DNA of 23,022 nucleotides from a virus (Duplodnaviria; Heunggongvirae; Uroviricota; Caudoviricetes): IMG/VR virus record IMGVR_UViG_2698536506_000009; one strand, 5' to 3'. Shown piece by piece: positions 8,456 to 19,139 of this stretch (position 1 is its first letter; each line of letters starts with the position of its first letter). The notes under the pieces were generated by a model. It saw only the letters and a program-made list of their open reading frames with translations, ran no database searches and was not told where the DNA came from. The position numbers and the translations under genes were made by a program.

Positions 8456-8570
8456 AACGCGTTTGAAGTTCTGGACGGTGCCGGAATAGAATCAAAAATA
8501 CTTAAGTAGCGCGCAGGGATAAGAGGGATGGTCCCTTAAAGGGGAGAGCTAATTATCCGGAAGGATTCTG

Positions 8571-8822
8571 ATGATGAACATCGAAGAACTGCGTAAAATT
8601 TTTTGTGAAGATGGCCTCTATGCTGTGTGCGTTGAAAATGGAAATCTTGTTAGTCATTACCGCATTATGTGTTTGCGAAAGAATGGGGCTGCGTTAATTA
8701 ATTTTGTGGATGCTCGGGTCACGGACGGATTTATCTTGCGCGAAGGTGAGTTTGTCACTTCATTACAGGCATTGAAAGAGATCGGAATAAAAGCTGGCTT
8801 TTCTGCTTTTTCAGGAGAATAA
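8571..8822 (+). CDS. rem: Rem-like hypothetical protein
   Basis: 83-aa ORF MMNIEELRKIFCEDGLYAV..., matching the K-12 Qin rem position and length as I recall them. Confidence 0.7.
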   Translation: MMNIEELRKIFCEDGLYAVCVENGNLVSHYRIMCLRKNGAALINFVDARVTDGFILREGEFVTSLQALKEIGIKAGFSAFSGE

Positions 8823-8888
8823 ACTCATCTACAATCTTGCGCGGGGCTGAACTCCCGCTGAGTAACACCGTGCCACCGGAGAAAACCG

Positions 8889-9167
8889 ATGGCACGCAAC
8901 GCAAAATATTACAATTCTGATAATTCGCCCGTTCTTGCCTGCACGCACGGGCGGTATTCTCACGCATTCAAGTCTGAATGGTTCCAGCACCCTCCATGCA
9001 CTGCAGAACAGGCCGAATGGCTGATTCATTCTTACCGCAGGCGCGGGTTCGAGGTTAAGAAAGCTCTCAGTCTCGACTATCGGCACTGGATAATCTCTGT
9101 CAGGCTGCCTTATTCCGAACGCCCACCACGTGCGTCCCGCACTTTCCAGCAACGGATCTGGAGGTAA
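8889..9167 (+). CDS. Hypothetical protein, translationally coupled to ydfU
   Basis: 92-aa ORF with GGAG 8 nt upstream. Its TAA (9165-9167) is 1 nt before the ydfU GTG and the ydfU SD (GGAGG, 9160-9164) lies inside its last codons. Confidence 0.4.
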   Translation: MARNAKYYNSDNSPVLACTHGRYSHAFKSEWFQHPPCTAEQAEWLIHSYRRRGFEVKKALSLDYRHWIISVRLPYSERPPRASRTFQQRIWR

Positions 9168-9168
9168 C

Positions 9169-10218
9169 GTGCGGGTATTACTTAGACCTGTTCTGGTGCC
9201 TGAGCTTGGGCTGGTGGTCCTTAAGCCGGGCCGTGAATCCATACAGATATTTCATAATCCTCGAGTGCTGGTGGAACCGGAACCAAAAAGCATGCGTAAT
9301 CTGCCATCCGGAGTCGTTCCTGCCGTTCGCCAGCCGCTGGCGGAAGACAAAACATTGCTGCCGTTTTTTAGTAACGAACGGGTGATTCGTGCTGCTGGCG
9401 GCGTTGGCGCATTGTCCGACTGGCTATTACGTCATGTTACATCCTGCCAGTGGCCTAATGGCGATTACCATCACACTGAAACAGTCATTCACCGTTATGG
9501 TACCGGCGCAATGGTGTTGTGCTGGCACTGCGACAACCAACTGCGTGACCAGACATCGGAATCACTGGAGCTGCTTGCTCAACAAAATCTGACAGCATGG
9601 GTGATTGACGTCATCCGTCACGCAATAAGCGGTACGCAGGAGCGGGAATTATCTTTGGCTGAATTATCCTGGTGGGCGGTCTGCAATCAGGTGGTGGATG
9701 CACTACCTGAGGCTGTATCGCGTCGTTCGCTGGGATTACCAGCGGAAAAAATCTGCTCGGTGTACCGCGAAAGCGACATCGTACCGGGAGAGCAGACCGC
9801 CACCAGCATATTGAAACAACGCACAAAAAATCTTGCACCGTTGCCTTACGCCCACCAGCAACAAAAATCACCACAGGAAAAGACGGTGGTAAGCATCACC
9901 GTTGATCCAGAGTCTCCGGAATCTTTCATGAAGCTGCCTAAACGTCGCCGCTGGGTTAAGGAGAAATACACACGTTGGGTTAAGACACAGCCGTGTGCTT
10001 GCTGCGGTATGCCAGCCGACGATCCGCATCATCTGATTGGTCACGGGCAGGGCGGAATGGGAACAAAAGCACATGATCTCTTTGTGTTGCCTTTGTGCAG
10101 AAAGCATCACAACGAGCTGCATACGGATACAGTGGCATTTGAAGATAAGTATGGCTCCCAACTGGAGCTGATATTTCGTTTTATCGATCGCGCGCTGACA
10201 ATTGGCGTACTGGCGTAA
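9169..10218 (+). CDS. ydfU: YdfU-like protein with C-terminal HNH-like Cys/His cluster
   Basis: GTG start giving 349 aa, matching the K-12 ydfU length as I recall it. C-terminus has CACCGMPADDPHHLIGHGQGG...PLCRKHHNELH. Confidence 0.7.
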   Translation: MRVLLRPVLVPELGLVVLKPGRESIQIFHNPRVLVEPEPKSMRNLPSGVVPAVRQPLAEDKTLLPFFSNERVIRAAGGVGALSDWLLRHVTSCQWPNGDYHHTETVIHRYGTGAMVLCWHCDNQLRDQTSESLELLAQQNLTAWVIDVIRHAISGTQERELSLAELSWWAVCNQVVDALPEAVSRRSLGLPAEKICSVYRESDIVPGEQTATSILKQRTKNLAPLPYAHQQQKSPQEKTVVSITVDPESPESFMKLPKRRRWVKEKYTRWVKTQPCACCGMPADDPHHLIGHGQGGMGTKAHDLFVLPLCRKHHNELHTDTVAFEDKYGSQLELIFRFIDRALTIGVLA

Positions 10219-10231
10219 GTGGAGAACGAGC

Positions 10232-10984
10232 ATGAACCTTGAAGCCTTACCAAAATATTACTCCCCAAAATCTCCAAAATTGAGCGATGACGCTCCAGCG
10301 ACAGGCACCGGTTGTTTAACAATTACGGATGTAATGGCAGCGCAGGGGATGGTGCAGTCGAAAGCACCACTTGGGTTGGCCTTATTTCTGGCAAAAGTTG
10401 GTGTTCAGGACCCTCAGTTTGCGATTGAAGGCCTGCTAAATTACGCGATGGCACTGGATAACCCGACATTGAACAAATTGAGTGAAGAAATCCGGTTACA
10501 GATTATTCCTTACCTCGTGAGTTTTGCCTTTGCTGATTACTCCAGGTCTGCGGCAAGTAAGGCTCGCTGTGAGCATTGTTCAGGTACGGGATTTTATAAT
10601 GTATTGCGCGAAGTGGTGAAACACTACAGACGCGGGGAATCTGTAATCAAGGAAGAATGGGTGAAGGAACTATGTCAGCATTGCCATGGTAAGGGCGAAG
10701 CCAGCACAGCGTGCAGAGGGTGTAAGGGTAAAGGGATTGTTCTGGATGAAAAAAGAACCCGGTTTCATGGCGTACCGGTATATAAGATTTGTGGGCGTTG
10801 TAATGGAAACCGGTTTAGTCGTTTACCGACCACGCTGGCACGACGTCATGTCCAGAAGCTGGTACCAGACCTGACCGATTATCAGTGGTATAAGGGGTAT
10901 GCGGACGTCATTGGTAAACTGGTAACAAAGTGCTGGCAGGAAGAAGCATACGCGGAAGCGCAATTGAGGAAGGTGACGAGATAA
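10232..10984 (+). CDS. quuQ: Q-family late-gene antiterminator
   Basis: 250-aa ORF with GGAG 7 nt upstream, Cys-rich zinc-binding region (CEHCSGTG...CQHCHGKG...CRGCKGKG...CGRCNG), positioned before the lysis cassette. Confidence 0.75.
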   Translation: MNLEALPKYYSPKSPKLSDDAPATGTGCLTITDVMAAQGMVQSKAPLGLALFLAKVGVQDPQFAIEGLLNYAMALDNPTLNKLSEEIRLQIIPYLVSFAFADYSRSAASKARCEHCSGTGFYNVLREVVKHYRRGESVIKEEWVKELCQHCHGKGEASTACRGCKGKGIVLDEKRTRFHGVPVYKICGRCNGNRFSRLPTTLARRHVQKLVPDLTDYQWYKGYADVIGKLVTKCWQEEAYAEAQLRKVTR

Positions 10985-11090
10985 ATGATTTTTGCTGAAG
11001 ATGGCGACATGATGTTTGCATTTTTCAAAAAATATGGATAAAATTTTTTCAACGATGGGCTTTGTATACCCGACGTTAAGAAAAAGTAGA

Positions 11091-11120
11091 AAACCCGCTG
11101 ATGAGCGGGTTTTGTGCTTT
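11091..11120. terminator. Bidirectional rho-independent terminator between quuQ and cspF
   Basis: AAACCCGCT, loop GATG, AGCGGGTTT followed by TGTGCTTT; A-run on the other side. Could be the tR'-like terminator of the late promoter transcript. Confidence 0.5.
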
Positions 11121-11405
11121 AAATGGGGCAATGGTAATGTTGAATCTCATCCCGGGACTCATGTCTGTTAACTTATTATTTAGCTGGTGACTTGGTTATT
11201 TGCCTGATGTTTAAAATGTTTTCTTCCAGTACAATGTCCCTAAACACAATGAGTCTGCTTATTATATTATTAGCAGAGCTATTACGGCCAAAGTACAGCA
11301 TAAGCTTTTAAAGCCAATCAACCAGTCATCAAGACAGACGGGGTTATTCATAAAAACTCTCCATGTGTGATCCGATGGGGCCTGAAATTAAAGCTTTAAT
11401 ATAGC

Positions 11406-11618
11406 TCATGAAAGGTAAACATTGGCAGCTGAAGGGCCACGCAGACCATTTATCCGGCAAAATTCCACGCGTAATCCGGTGGTAATTTCTTCTGCATCGC
11501 GGAGATTGAGCGCTGAAACATGAAGCTGGACATCGATACGACCATCGGATGGGGTGATAAGACCCTTGCCGCTTTTGCCGTCAAAGGTTTTGACAATTCC
11601 TGTCATTTTACGGGACAA
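11406..11618 (-). CDS. cspF: Cold-shock-domain protein CspF-like
   Basis: 70-aa [32 protein letters not shown]... Confidence 0.85.
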
Positions 11619-11918
11619 AAAAATTCCTTAATACTGATAACTTGGCGCACTATACACACGTTCCTGAAGAAAGCTATAGTTTTTTGATGGGGTTGAAGAT
11701 GGCTGGATGTCTAAAATAAACATTGCTTCATATGTTCAACTATGCGTTAATGATTGCGTCGGTTTGAAGAACAGACGATATACGAAGTAGTTTACTAAAG
11801 CAGTTCTCATTTCAGGTGTTATTCACTTATTCCTTCTTTGAGTCTCTCCAATTAAGTACGAAGTCGTTTCTGTTATGCAAACCATTTATGCCGAAAGGCT
11901 CAAGTTAAGGAATGTAGA

Positions 11919-12134
11919 ATGTCAAATAAAATGACTGGTTTAGTAAAATGGTTTAACGCTGATAAAGGTTTCGGCTTTATTTCTCCTGTTGATGGTAGTA
12001 AAGATGTGTTTGTGCATTTTTCTGCGATTCAGAATGATAATTATCGAACCTTATTTGAAGGTCAAAAGGTTACCTTCTCTATAGAGAGTGGTGCTAAAGG
12101 TCCTGCAGCAGCAAATGTCATCATTACTGATTAA
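11919..12134 (+). CDS. cspB: Cold-shock protein CspB
   Basis: 71-aa [41 protein letters not shown]... with a long upstream leader typical of cold-shock genes. Confidence 0.9.
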   Translation: MSNKMTGLVKWFNADKGFGFISPVDGSKDVFVHFSAIQNDNYRTLFEGQKVTFSIESGAKGPAAANVIITD

Positions 12135-12415
12135 AATTCATCGCTCGTCTGTATACGATAACGAAGAAGGCTGATGCCTGAGTAGAGATACGGACAGAGT
12201 AGTGAATATTGGATCTCTTTAATAAAAAGTAAGGAGGTCCAATACATGAAACAATGGCTAGCATATTTGGCAAAATCTTAATCAGGAAAAGTATGCTAAC
12301 CATTGTGGTGAAGTGCAGGTTTGCTGCATGAATAGTTTTACAGCAGAAGCTAACTGCTGGCATGGCAAAACAAAGTGCGTAAGTGGATGACTCCCACAAA
12401 AAGCACCACAATCTC

Positions 12416-12440
12416 AAACCCGCTCAGGCGGGTTTTTTAT
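12416..12440 (+). terminator. Rho-independent terminator
   Basis: AAACCCGC, loop TCAG, GCGGG followed by TTTTTTATT. Confidence 0.6.
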
Positions 12441-12497
12441 TATCTGCTTTAAATATATTATTAAAATATAAAAAATACTTGTTACTAATAAAATCAA

Positions 12498-12668
12498 TCA
12501 GGCTACAGCTTTAAGATTTGTCTGGAATACTTTGTTGCAATGAGGGCAGATCAAAAGGGCACCTTTTTGTACTCTTGAAAAACTGTGTTCTGACTCTTGG
12601 GTGCAGTTTGGGCAGGAACATTTAACGAGATAATTACGGCGTGATTTTGAGTTTTTACGTTCTGACAT
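12498..12668 (-). CDS. ynfU: Small zinc-ribbon protein (56 aa)
   Basis: MSERKNSKSRRNYLVKCSCPNCTQESEHSFSRVQKGALLICPHCNKVFQTNLKAVA with CxxC-x20-CxxC; AGGA 7 nt before the ATG. Symbol is a tentative recollection of a K-12 Qin small protein. Confidence 0.45.
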   Translation of the reverse strand: MSERKNSKSRRNYLVKCSCPNCTQESEHSFSRVQKGALLICPHCNKVFQTNLKAVA

Positions 12669-12887
12669 AGGCTTTTCCTGTATAAATGGCCGTATACAGT
12701 ACACTAAATATGAAAACATTTCTCGTATTATTATTTTATATATGACTTTCTTTCAAAATAATTACCCACATTTTTAATGTGTATGTTTTTTTAGCGCCGT
12801 TGAGAACAACGTGTGCTGTCAAAACTACCCCGTAGACTCCGATCTTTTCAAACATATTGCACCATCCGTGTACATCGGGGTGAGGAT

Positions 12888-13103
12888 ATGAAATCAATGG
12901 ATAAGTTAACAACAGGTGTTGCCTATGGCACATCGGCGGGTAATGCTGGTTTCTGGGCATTGCAGTTACTCGATAAAGTAACTCCGTCACAGTGGGCTGC
13001 AATCGGTGTGCTGGGTAGCCTGGTTTTTGGCCTGCTGACGTATCTGACAAATCTTTATTTCAAGATTAAAGAAGACAGGCGTAAGGCTGCGAGAGGAGAG
13101 TAA
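12888..13103 (+). CDS. essQ: Phage-21-type pinholin (class II holin)
   Basis: 71-aa [74 protein letters not shown], closely resembling the S21 pinholin as I recall it. Confidence 0.85.
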   Translation: MKSMDKLTTGVAYGTSAGNAGFWALQLLDKVTPSQWAAIGVLGSLVFGLLTYLTNLYFKIKEDRRKAARGE

Positions 13104-13107
13104 TCCA

Positions 13108-13415
13108 ATGACTCAAGACTATGAACTGGTTGTGAAAGGAGTCCGTAATTTTGAGAATAAAGTTACGGTAACTGTAGCCTTACAGGACAAAGAACGCTTT
13201 GACGGTGAAATTTTTGACCTGGATGTCGCCATGGACCGTGTTGAAGGAGCTGCGCTGGAGTTTTATGAGGCAGCAGCCAGAAGGAGCGTCCGGCAAGTCT
13301 TCCTGGAAGTAGCAGAAAAATTGTCAGAAAAAGTTGAGTCTTATCTGCAGCATCAGTACTCCTTTAAGATTGAAAATCCTGCCAATAAGCACGAGCGTCC
13401 TCATCATAAATATCT

Positions 13416-13419
<4 letters not shown>
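13108..13419 (+). CDS. ydfR: Hypothetical protein (YdfR-like)
   Basis: 103-aa ORF between the holin and endolysin; its end overlaps the rrrQ start. Confidence 0.7.
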
Positions 13420-14443
<1,024 letters not shown>

Positions 14444-14805
14444 GGTAATATTAAATCGGAACATTTACATCGCGGAATGTAAAATTTAAATAAAAAGGAC
14501 TCTTCCATGAGCCAAAATTCCTGAAATCTTAAGGGTAAGATAAAAGGTCTTAATCAGAATGACACGTTTTATTAATAAATAAAGCTATTCTTTCATTGCT
14601 GTGTTTTTCTTTACAAAAGTAATCCTTGCTATGGGTGGTTAATCATGCGTTAATGGTGTTCTGGTTTGTTACAAATTTATCTGAAGCAGTCATTGTTATA
14701 ATTTTATTATTTGTACCTCTTGAGATTTCCTTGTTGGTTTTTCTCTCTGATATTTTTTTTCGGACCATTCTGCCCAAGGGCTAATTTCTTCAAAAGGTAA
14801 TAATT

Positions 14806-15018
14806 ATGTCTAACAAAATGACTGGTTTAGTGAAATGGTTTAACCCTGAAAAAGGTTTTGGTTTCATCACGCCGAAAGATGGCAGCAAAGATGTGTTTGT
14901 CCATTTCTCAGCAATTCAGAGCAACGATTTCAAAACATTAACTGAGAATCAGGAAGTTGAATTTGGTATTGAGAACGGACCTAAAGGTCCTGCCGCTGTT
15001 CATGTAGTGGCGCTTTGA
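14806..15018 (+). CDS. cspI: Cold-shock protein CspI
   Basis: 70-aa [73 protein letters not shown] with a long upstream leader. Confidence 0.9.
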   Translation: MSNKMTGLVKWFNPEKGFGFITPKDGSKDVFVHFSAIQSNDFKTLTENQEVEFGIENGPKGPAAVHVVAL

Positions 15019-15222
15019 GGTAGACAATATTACAAACCATATTCACTTTAGATGCCCGTGTTGTCATGGTTCCCAGTATAGAACATCATCTTTTGATGTT
15101 TCTGACATGAATCCTTTCGGGGCAAAATGTATCTTTTGTAAATCAATGATGATTACATTTGATAATATTTCACAATACTTAAATGCCAGCCGTCTGTCGT
15201 TGGATTTAAAAAAGTGAAAATG

Positions 15223-15247
15223 AAGGCTCCTTCGGGAGCTTTTTTGC
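15223..15247 (+). terminator. Candidate rho-independent terminator
   Basis: AAGGCTCC, loop TTCG, GGAGCT followed by TTTTTTGC; stem includes one G-U pair. Confidence 0.45.
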
Positions 15248-15289
15248 TTGGTGTCTATTCGATGGATACTCACATACTACGGTAACATC

Positions 15290-15520
15290 ATGAAAAAAAT
15301 CATAGTTTTTTTTAACTCTGAACCAGCAGTGGTAGTGCCAGCGATGACTGGAGTTAACACCATCATGCGTGAATATCCAAATGGCGAAAAAACACACCTT
15401 ACTGTAATGGCCGCAGGGTTTCCATCTCTGACCGGAGATCATAAAGTCATTTATGTAGCCGCGGATCGACATGTTACTTCAGAAGAAATTCTGGAAGCAG
15501 CAATAAGGCTCTTGAGTTGA
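15290..15520 (+). CDS. Hypothetical small protein (76 aa)
   Basis: ORF MKKIIVFFNSEPAVVVPAMTGVNTIMREYPNGEKTHLTVMAAGFPSLTGDHKVIYVAADRHVTSEEILEAAIRLLS. Weak SD. It may correspond to a K-12 Qin small gene in this position, but I cannot confirm. Confidence 0.4.
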   Translation: MKKIIVFFNSEPAVVVPAMTGVNTIMREYPNGEKTHLTVMAAGFPSLTGDHKVIYVAADRHVTSEEILEAAIRLLS

Positions 15521-15691
15521 TTTGATGCTATTGCATTGATAATTCAGGAAAATTCTCTTTGTCTGTTTGTGTAAAATTTAGACTATCGTATGTTGATTAT
15601 TGCGATGTTTCATCTTATCTTTTACACGTTTGCACCATATAATCGACTTACTGTGTAACTGGAAAGTCATAACAGACTAAAAGAGGAAATG

Positions 15692-15865
15692 ATGAATATT
15701 GAAAACTTAAAAACAAAAGCAGAAGCAGATATTTCTGAATATATAACAAAAAAAATTATTGAACTTAAGAAAAAGACCGGGAAAGAAGTTACCAGTATTC
15801 AGTTTACCGCACGGGAAAAAATGACGGGTCTTGAAAGCTATGATGTCAAGATTAATTTAATCTGA
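15692..15865 (+). CDS. gnsB: GnsA/GnsB-family small protein
   Basis: 57-codon ORF, too short for the supplied track: MNIENLKTKAEADISEYITKKIIELKKKTGKEVTSIQFTAREKMTGLESYDVKINLI; AAGAGGAAA SD upstream. Confidence 0.8.
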   Translation: MNIENLKTKAEADISEYITKKIIELKKKTGKEVTSIQFTAREKMTGLESYDVKINLI

Positions 15866-16016
15866 TGTATTCAATAATAAAATTTATCCATAAACCTCGT
15901 TTTTACGGGGTTTTGTTATATTTGAATGGTTCCGAATATCTAAATCACAATTGTTGATGGTTTTTATTAAACCAATGCAGTCCGGCTCAGGAGTGAGAGA
16001 AGCCGGACGTTATGGT

Positions 16017-16427
16017 TTAGCGTGGTAAGATCTGTGTAGTTTTCTGGATGCTTTCAGTAAATAGTAATGAATTATCAAAGGTATAGTAATATCTTTTTTG
16101 TTCGTGGATATTTGTAACCCACCGAAAAACTCCTGCTTTAGCAAGGTTTCTTCTGTATTCCTGAAATGTGATCTCTCTGGATTTCAGCTTATTAGAGGTC
16201 GTTTCTATAAGATGCCTATCCTTTGAAAATTTGACAGACACAATGTTTTTTAGGCCCTTTAATAACACTGTATTATCATTTTTTAATACAATATGAACAT
16301 TCTCTGTGGCTAAATAGTAAATGTAATGTGAGACATTGTGACGTTTTAGCTCAGAATAAAACCATTGATAGTTTAAATCGTTTCGAACTTTATCAAATAT
16401 TTGTTTAAAAATGACTACCTGATCCAT
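16017..16427 (-). CDS. ydfO: Hypothetical protein (YdfO-like)
   Basis: Minus-strand ORF; start taken at the second Met ([11 protein letters not shown]...), giving 136 aa. The track's longer 141-aa version would start at 16442. Confidence 0.65.
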
Positions 16428-16484
16428 AGATAAACCTTCCATGTGATATGAGGGGGCGTAGTCTGCACGATTATCTAAATTGCT

Positions 16485-16718
16485 TCAATCTGGTCTGACC
16501 TGTTTTCTGAGCAATTCAGTAATGTCACTCTTTTCTTTGTTTGCTTCAGAAGAAACTCTTTTTTCTGAGCACAGTCTCCGGCGGCAGGCTTCAATGACCC
16601 AGGCTGAGAAATTCCCGGACCCTTTTTGCTCAAGAGCGATGTTAATTTGTTCAATCATTTGGTTAGGAAAGCGGATGTTGCGGGTTGTTGTTCTGCGGGT
16701 TCTGTTCTTCGTTGACAT
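16485..16718 (-). CDS. ynfO: Small basic putative DNA-binding protein (YnfO-like)
   Basis: 77-aa ORF MSTKNRTRRTTTRNIRFPNQMIEQINIALEQKGSGNFSAWVIEACRRRL..., Arc/CopG-like in appearance; sits beside the cos region as in K-12 Qin. Confidence 0.55.
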   Translation of the reverse strand: MSTKNRTRRTTTRNIRFPNQMIEQINIALEQKGSGNFSAWVIEACRRRLCSEKRVSSEANKEKSDITELLRKQVRPD

Positions 16719-16917
16719 GAGGTTGCCCCGTATTCAGTGTCGCTGATTTGTATTGTCTGAAGTTGTTTTTACGTTAAGTTGATGCAGATCAATTAATATG
16801 ATACCTGCGTCATAATTGATTATTTGACGTGGTTTGATGGCGTAGATGCACGTTGTGACATGCAGATGATAATTATTATCATTTTGCAGGTCCTTTCCGG
16901 CGATCCGACAGGTTACG

Positions 16918-16929
16918 GGGCGGCGACCT
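16918..16929 (+). other. Lambda cosN cohesive-end site (cosQ upstream, cosB downstream to Nu1)
   Basis: Exact GGGCGGCGACCT preceded by ...TCCGACAGGTTACG and followed by CGCGGGTTTTCGCTATTTATGAAAATTTTCCGG..., matching the lambda genome ends as I recall them. Distance from cosN to the Nu1 ATG (178 nt) matches lambda. Confidence 0.8.
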
Positions 16930-17106
16930 CGCGGGTTTTCGCTATTTATGAAAATTTTCCGGTTTAAGGCATTTCCGTTCTTCTTCGTCGTAACTTAATG
17001 TTTTTATTTAAAATACCCCCTGAAAAGAAAGGAAACGACAGGTGCTGAAAACGAGCTTTTGGGCCTCTGTCGTTTCCTTTCTCTGTTTTTGGCCGTGGAA
17101 TGAACA

Positions 17107-17652
17107 ATGGAAGTCAACAAAAAGCAGCTGGCTGACATTTTCGGTGCGAGTATCCGTACCATTCAGAACTGGCAGGAACAGGGAATGCCCGTTCTGCGAG
17201 GCGGTGGCAAGGGTAATGAGGTGCTTTATGACTCTGCCGCCGTTATAAGATGGTATGCCGAAAGGGATGCTGAAATTGAGAACGAAAAGCTGCGCCGGGA
17301 AGTTGAAGAACTGCGGCAGGCCAGCGAGACAGATCTCCAGCCAGGGACTATTGAGTACGAACGCCATCGACTTACGCGTGCGCAGGCCGACGCACAGGAG
17401 CTGAAAAATGCCAGAGACTCCGCTGAAGTGGTGGAAACCGCATTCTGTACTTTCGTGCTGTCGCGGATCGCAGGTGAAATTGCCAGTATTCTCGACGGGA
17501 TCCCCCTGTCGGTGCAGCGGCGTTTTCCGGAACTGGAAAACCGACATGTTGATTTCCTGAAACGGGATATCATCAAAGCCATGAACAAAGCAGCCGCGCT
17601 GGATGAACTGATACCGGGGTTGCTGAGTGAATATATCGAACAGTCAGGTTAA
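17107..17652 (+). CDS. nohQ: Terminase small subunit Nu1
   Basis: 181-aa ORF MEVNKKQLADIFGASIRTIQNWQEQGMPVLRGGGKGNEVLYDSAAV..., near-identical to lambda Nu1 as I recall it. Confidence 0.9.
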   Translation: MEVNKKQLADIFGASIRTIQNWQEQGMPVLRGGGKGNEVLYDSAAVIRWYAERDAEIENEKLRREVEELRQASETDLQPGTIEYERHRLTRAQADAQELKNARDSAEVVETAFCTFVLSRIAGEIASILDGIPLSVQRRFPELENRHVDFLKRDIIKAMNKAAALDELIPGLLSEYIEQSG

Positions 17653-18226
17653 CAGGCTGCGGCATTTTGTCCGCGCCGGGCTTCGCTCACTGTTCAGGCC
17701 GGAGCCACAGACCGCCGTTGAATGGGCGGATGCTAATTACTATCTCCCGAAAGAATCCGCATACCAGGAAGGGCGCTGGGAAACACTGCCCTTTCAGCGG
17801 GCCATCATGAATGCGATGGGCAGCGACTACATCCGTGAGGTGAATGTGGTGAAGTCTGCCCGTGTCGGTTATTCCAAAATGCTGCTGGGTGTTTATGCCT
17901 ACTTTATAGAGCATAAGCAGCGCAACACCCTTATCTGGTTGCCGACGGATGGTGATGCCGAGAACTTTATGAAAACCCACGTTGAGCCGACCATCCGCGA
18001 TATTCCGTCGCTGCTGGCGCTGGCTCCGTGGTATGGCAAAAAGCACCGGGATAACACGCTCACTATGAAGCGTTTTTCCAATGGTCGTGGCTTCTGGTGC
18101 CTGGGCGGTAAAGCGGCAAAAAACTACCGTGAAAAGTCGGTGGATGTGGCGGGTTATGATGAACTTGCTGCCTTTGATGAGGATAACCGCGCTGACAGAC
18201 AATACGCAGGGGGCAGCAGGTCTTGA
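17627..18226 (+). pseudogene. Terminase large subunit (gpA) N-terminal fragment
   Basis: 199-aa ORF matching the lambda gpA N-terminus up to ...YDELAAFD, then diverging into a short out-of-frame tail ([15 protein letters not shown]). Deletion junction near 18180-18190. Confidence 0.85.
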
Positions 18227-19139
18227 GTTATACGAGGTGTATAACAACGGATATCCAACAGCGTATGGAAATATCATTCACCTGAAAGGGATGACAGCCG
18301 TTGGCGAAGGTGAGTTACTCATCGGCTGGAGTGGTACAAGCGGTGCTCATGCTCCGGCATTTATTCGTTCACGACGGGATACGACCGACGCAAACTGGTC
18401 GCCGTGGGCGCAGCTTTACACCTCGGCTCATCCTCCTGCAGAGTTTTATCCAGTCGGTGCACCAATCCCGTGGCCATCAGATACCGTTCCGTCTGGTTAT
18501 GCCCTGATGCAGGGGCAGACTTTTGACAAATCTGCATACCCGAAACTTGCAGTTGCTTATCCGTCAGGCGTGATCCCTGATATGCGTGGCTGGACGATTA
18601 AGGGCAAGCCCGCCAGTGGTCGGGCCGTATTATCTCAGGAACAGGACGGCATTAAATCGCACACCCACAGCGCCAGCGCATCCAGTACGGATTTGGGGAC
18701 GAAAACCACATCGTCGTTTGATTACGGAACCAAATCCACGAATAACACCGGGGCGCATACCCATAGTATTAGCGGGACCGCAAATAGTGCCGGTGCGCAC
18801 CAACACAAGAGTTCCGGTGCATTTGGTGGCACGAACACGAGCATTTTCCCTAATGGTTATACCGCGATTTCAAATCTAAGCGCGGGGATTATGAGCACAA
18901 CAAGCGGTAGTGGCCAGACTCGTAATGCAGGGAAGACATCATCAGATGGTGCTCATACCCACTCGCTGTCCGGCACTGCTGCAAGCGCAGGCGCACATGC
19001 ACATACTGTCGGTATTGGTGCTCATACGCACTCCGTTGCGATTGGTTCACATGGACACACCATCACCGTTAACGCTGCTGGTAACGCGGAAAACACCGTC
19101 AAAAACATCGCATTTAACTATATTGTGAGGCTTGCATAA
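18081..19139 (+). CDS. stfQ: Side tail fibre protein, C-terminal remnant
   Basis: ORF in a different frame from the gpA fragment. Tail-fibre-like sequence begins near 18190 and contains His-rich GAHTHS / GAHAHT / IGAHTHSV / IGSHGHTI repeats. Stop overlaps the tfaQ start. The N-terminal part of the ORF before the junction is probably not native. Confidence 0.7.
   Translation: MVVASGAWAVKRQKTTVKSRWMWRVMMNLLPLMRITALTDNTQGAAGLELYEVYNNGYPTAYGNIIHLKGMTAVGEGELLIGWSGTSGAHAPAFIRSRRDTTDANWSPWAQLYTSAHPPAEFYPVGAPIPWPSDTVPSGYALMQGQTFDKSAYPKLAVAYPSGVIPDMRGWTIKGKPASGRAVLSQEQDGIKSHTHSASASSTDLGTKTTSSFDYGTKSTNNTGAHTHSISGTANSAGAHQHKSSGAFGGTNTSIFPNGYTAISNLSAGIMSTTSGSGQTRNAGKTSSDGAHTHSLSGTAASAGAHAHTVGIGAHTHSVAIGSHGHTITVNAAGNAENTVKNIAFNYIVRLA

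Noticed and set aside
12736-13050. 104-aa minus-strand ORF
   Set aside because: Antisense to the pinholin gene.
17008-17547. 179-aa minus-strand ORF across cos and Nu1
   Set aside because: Overlaps the Nu1 gene and the cos site on the opposite strand; Nu1 is near-identical to lambda, so this is spurious.
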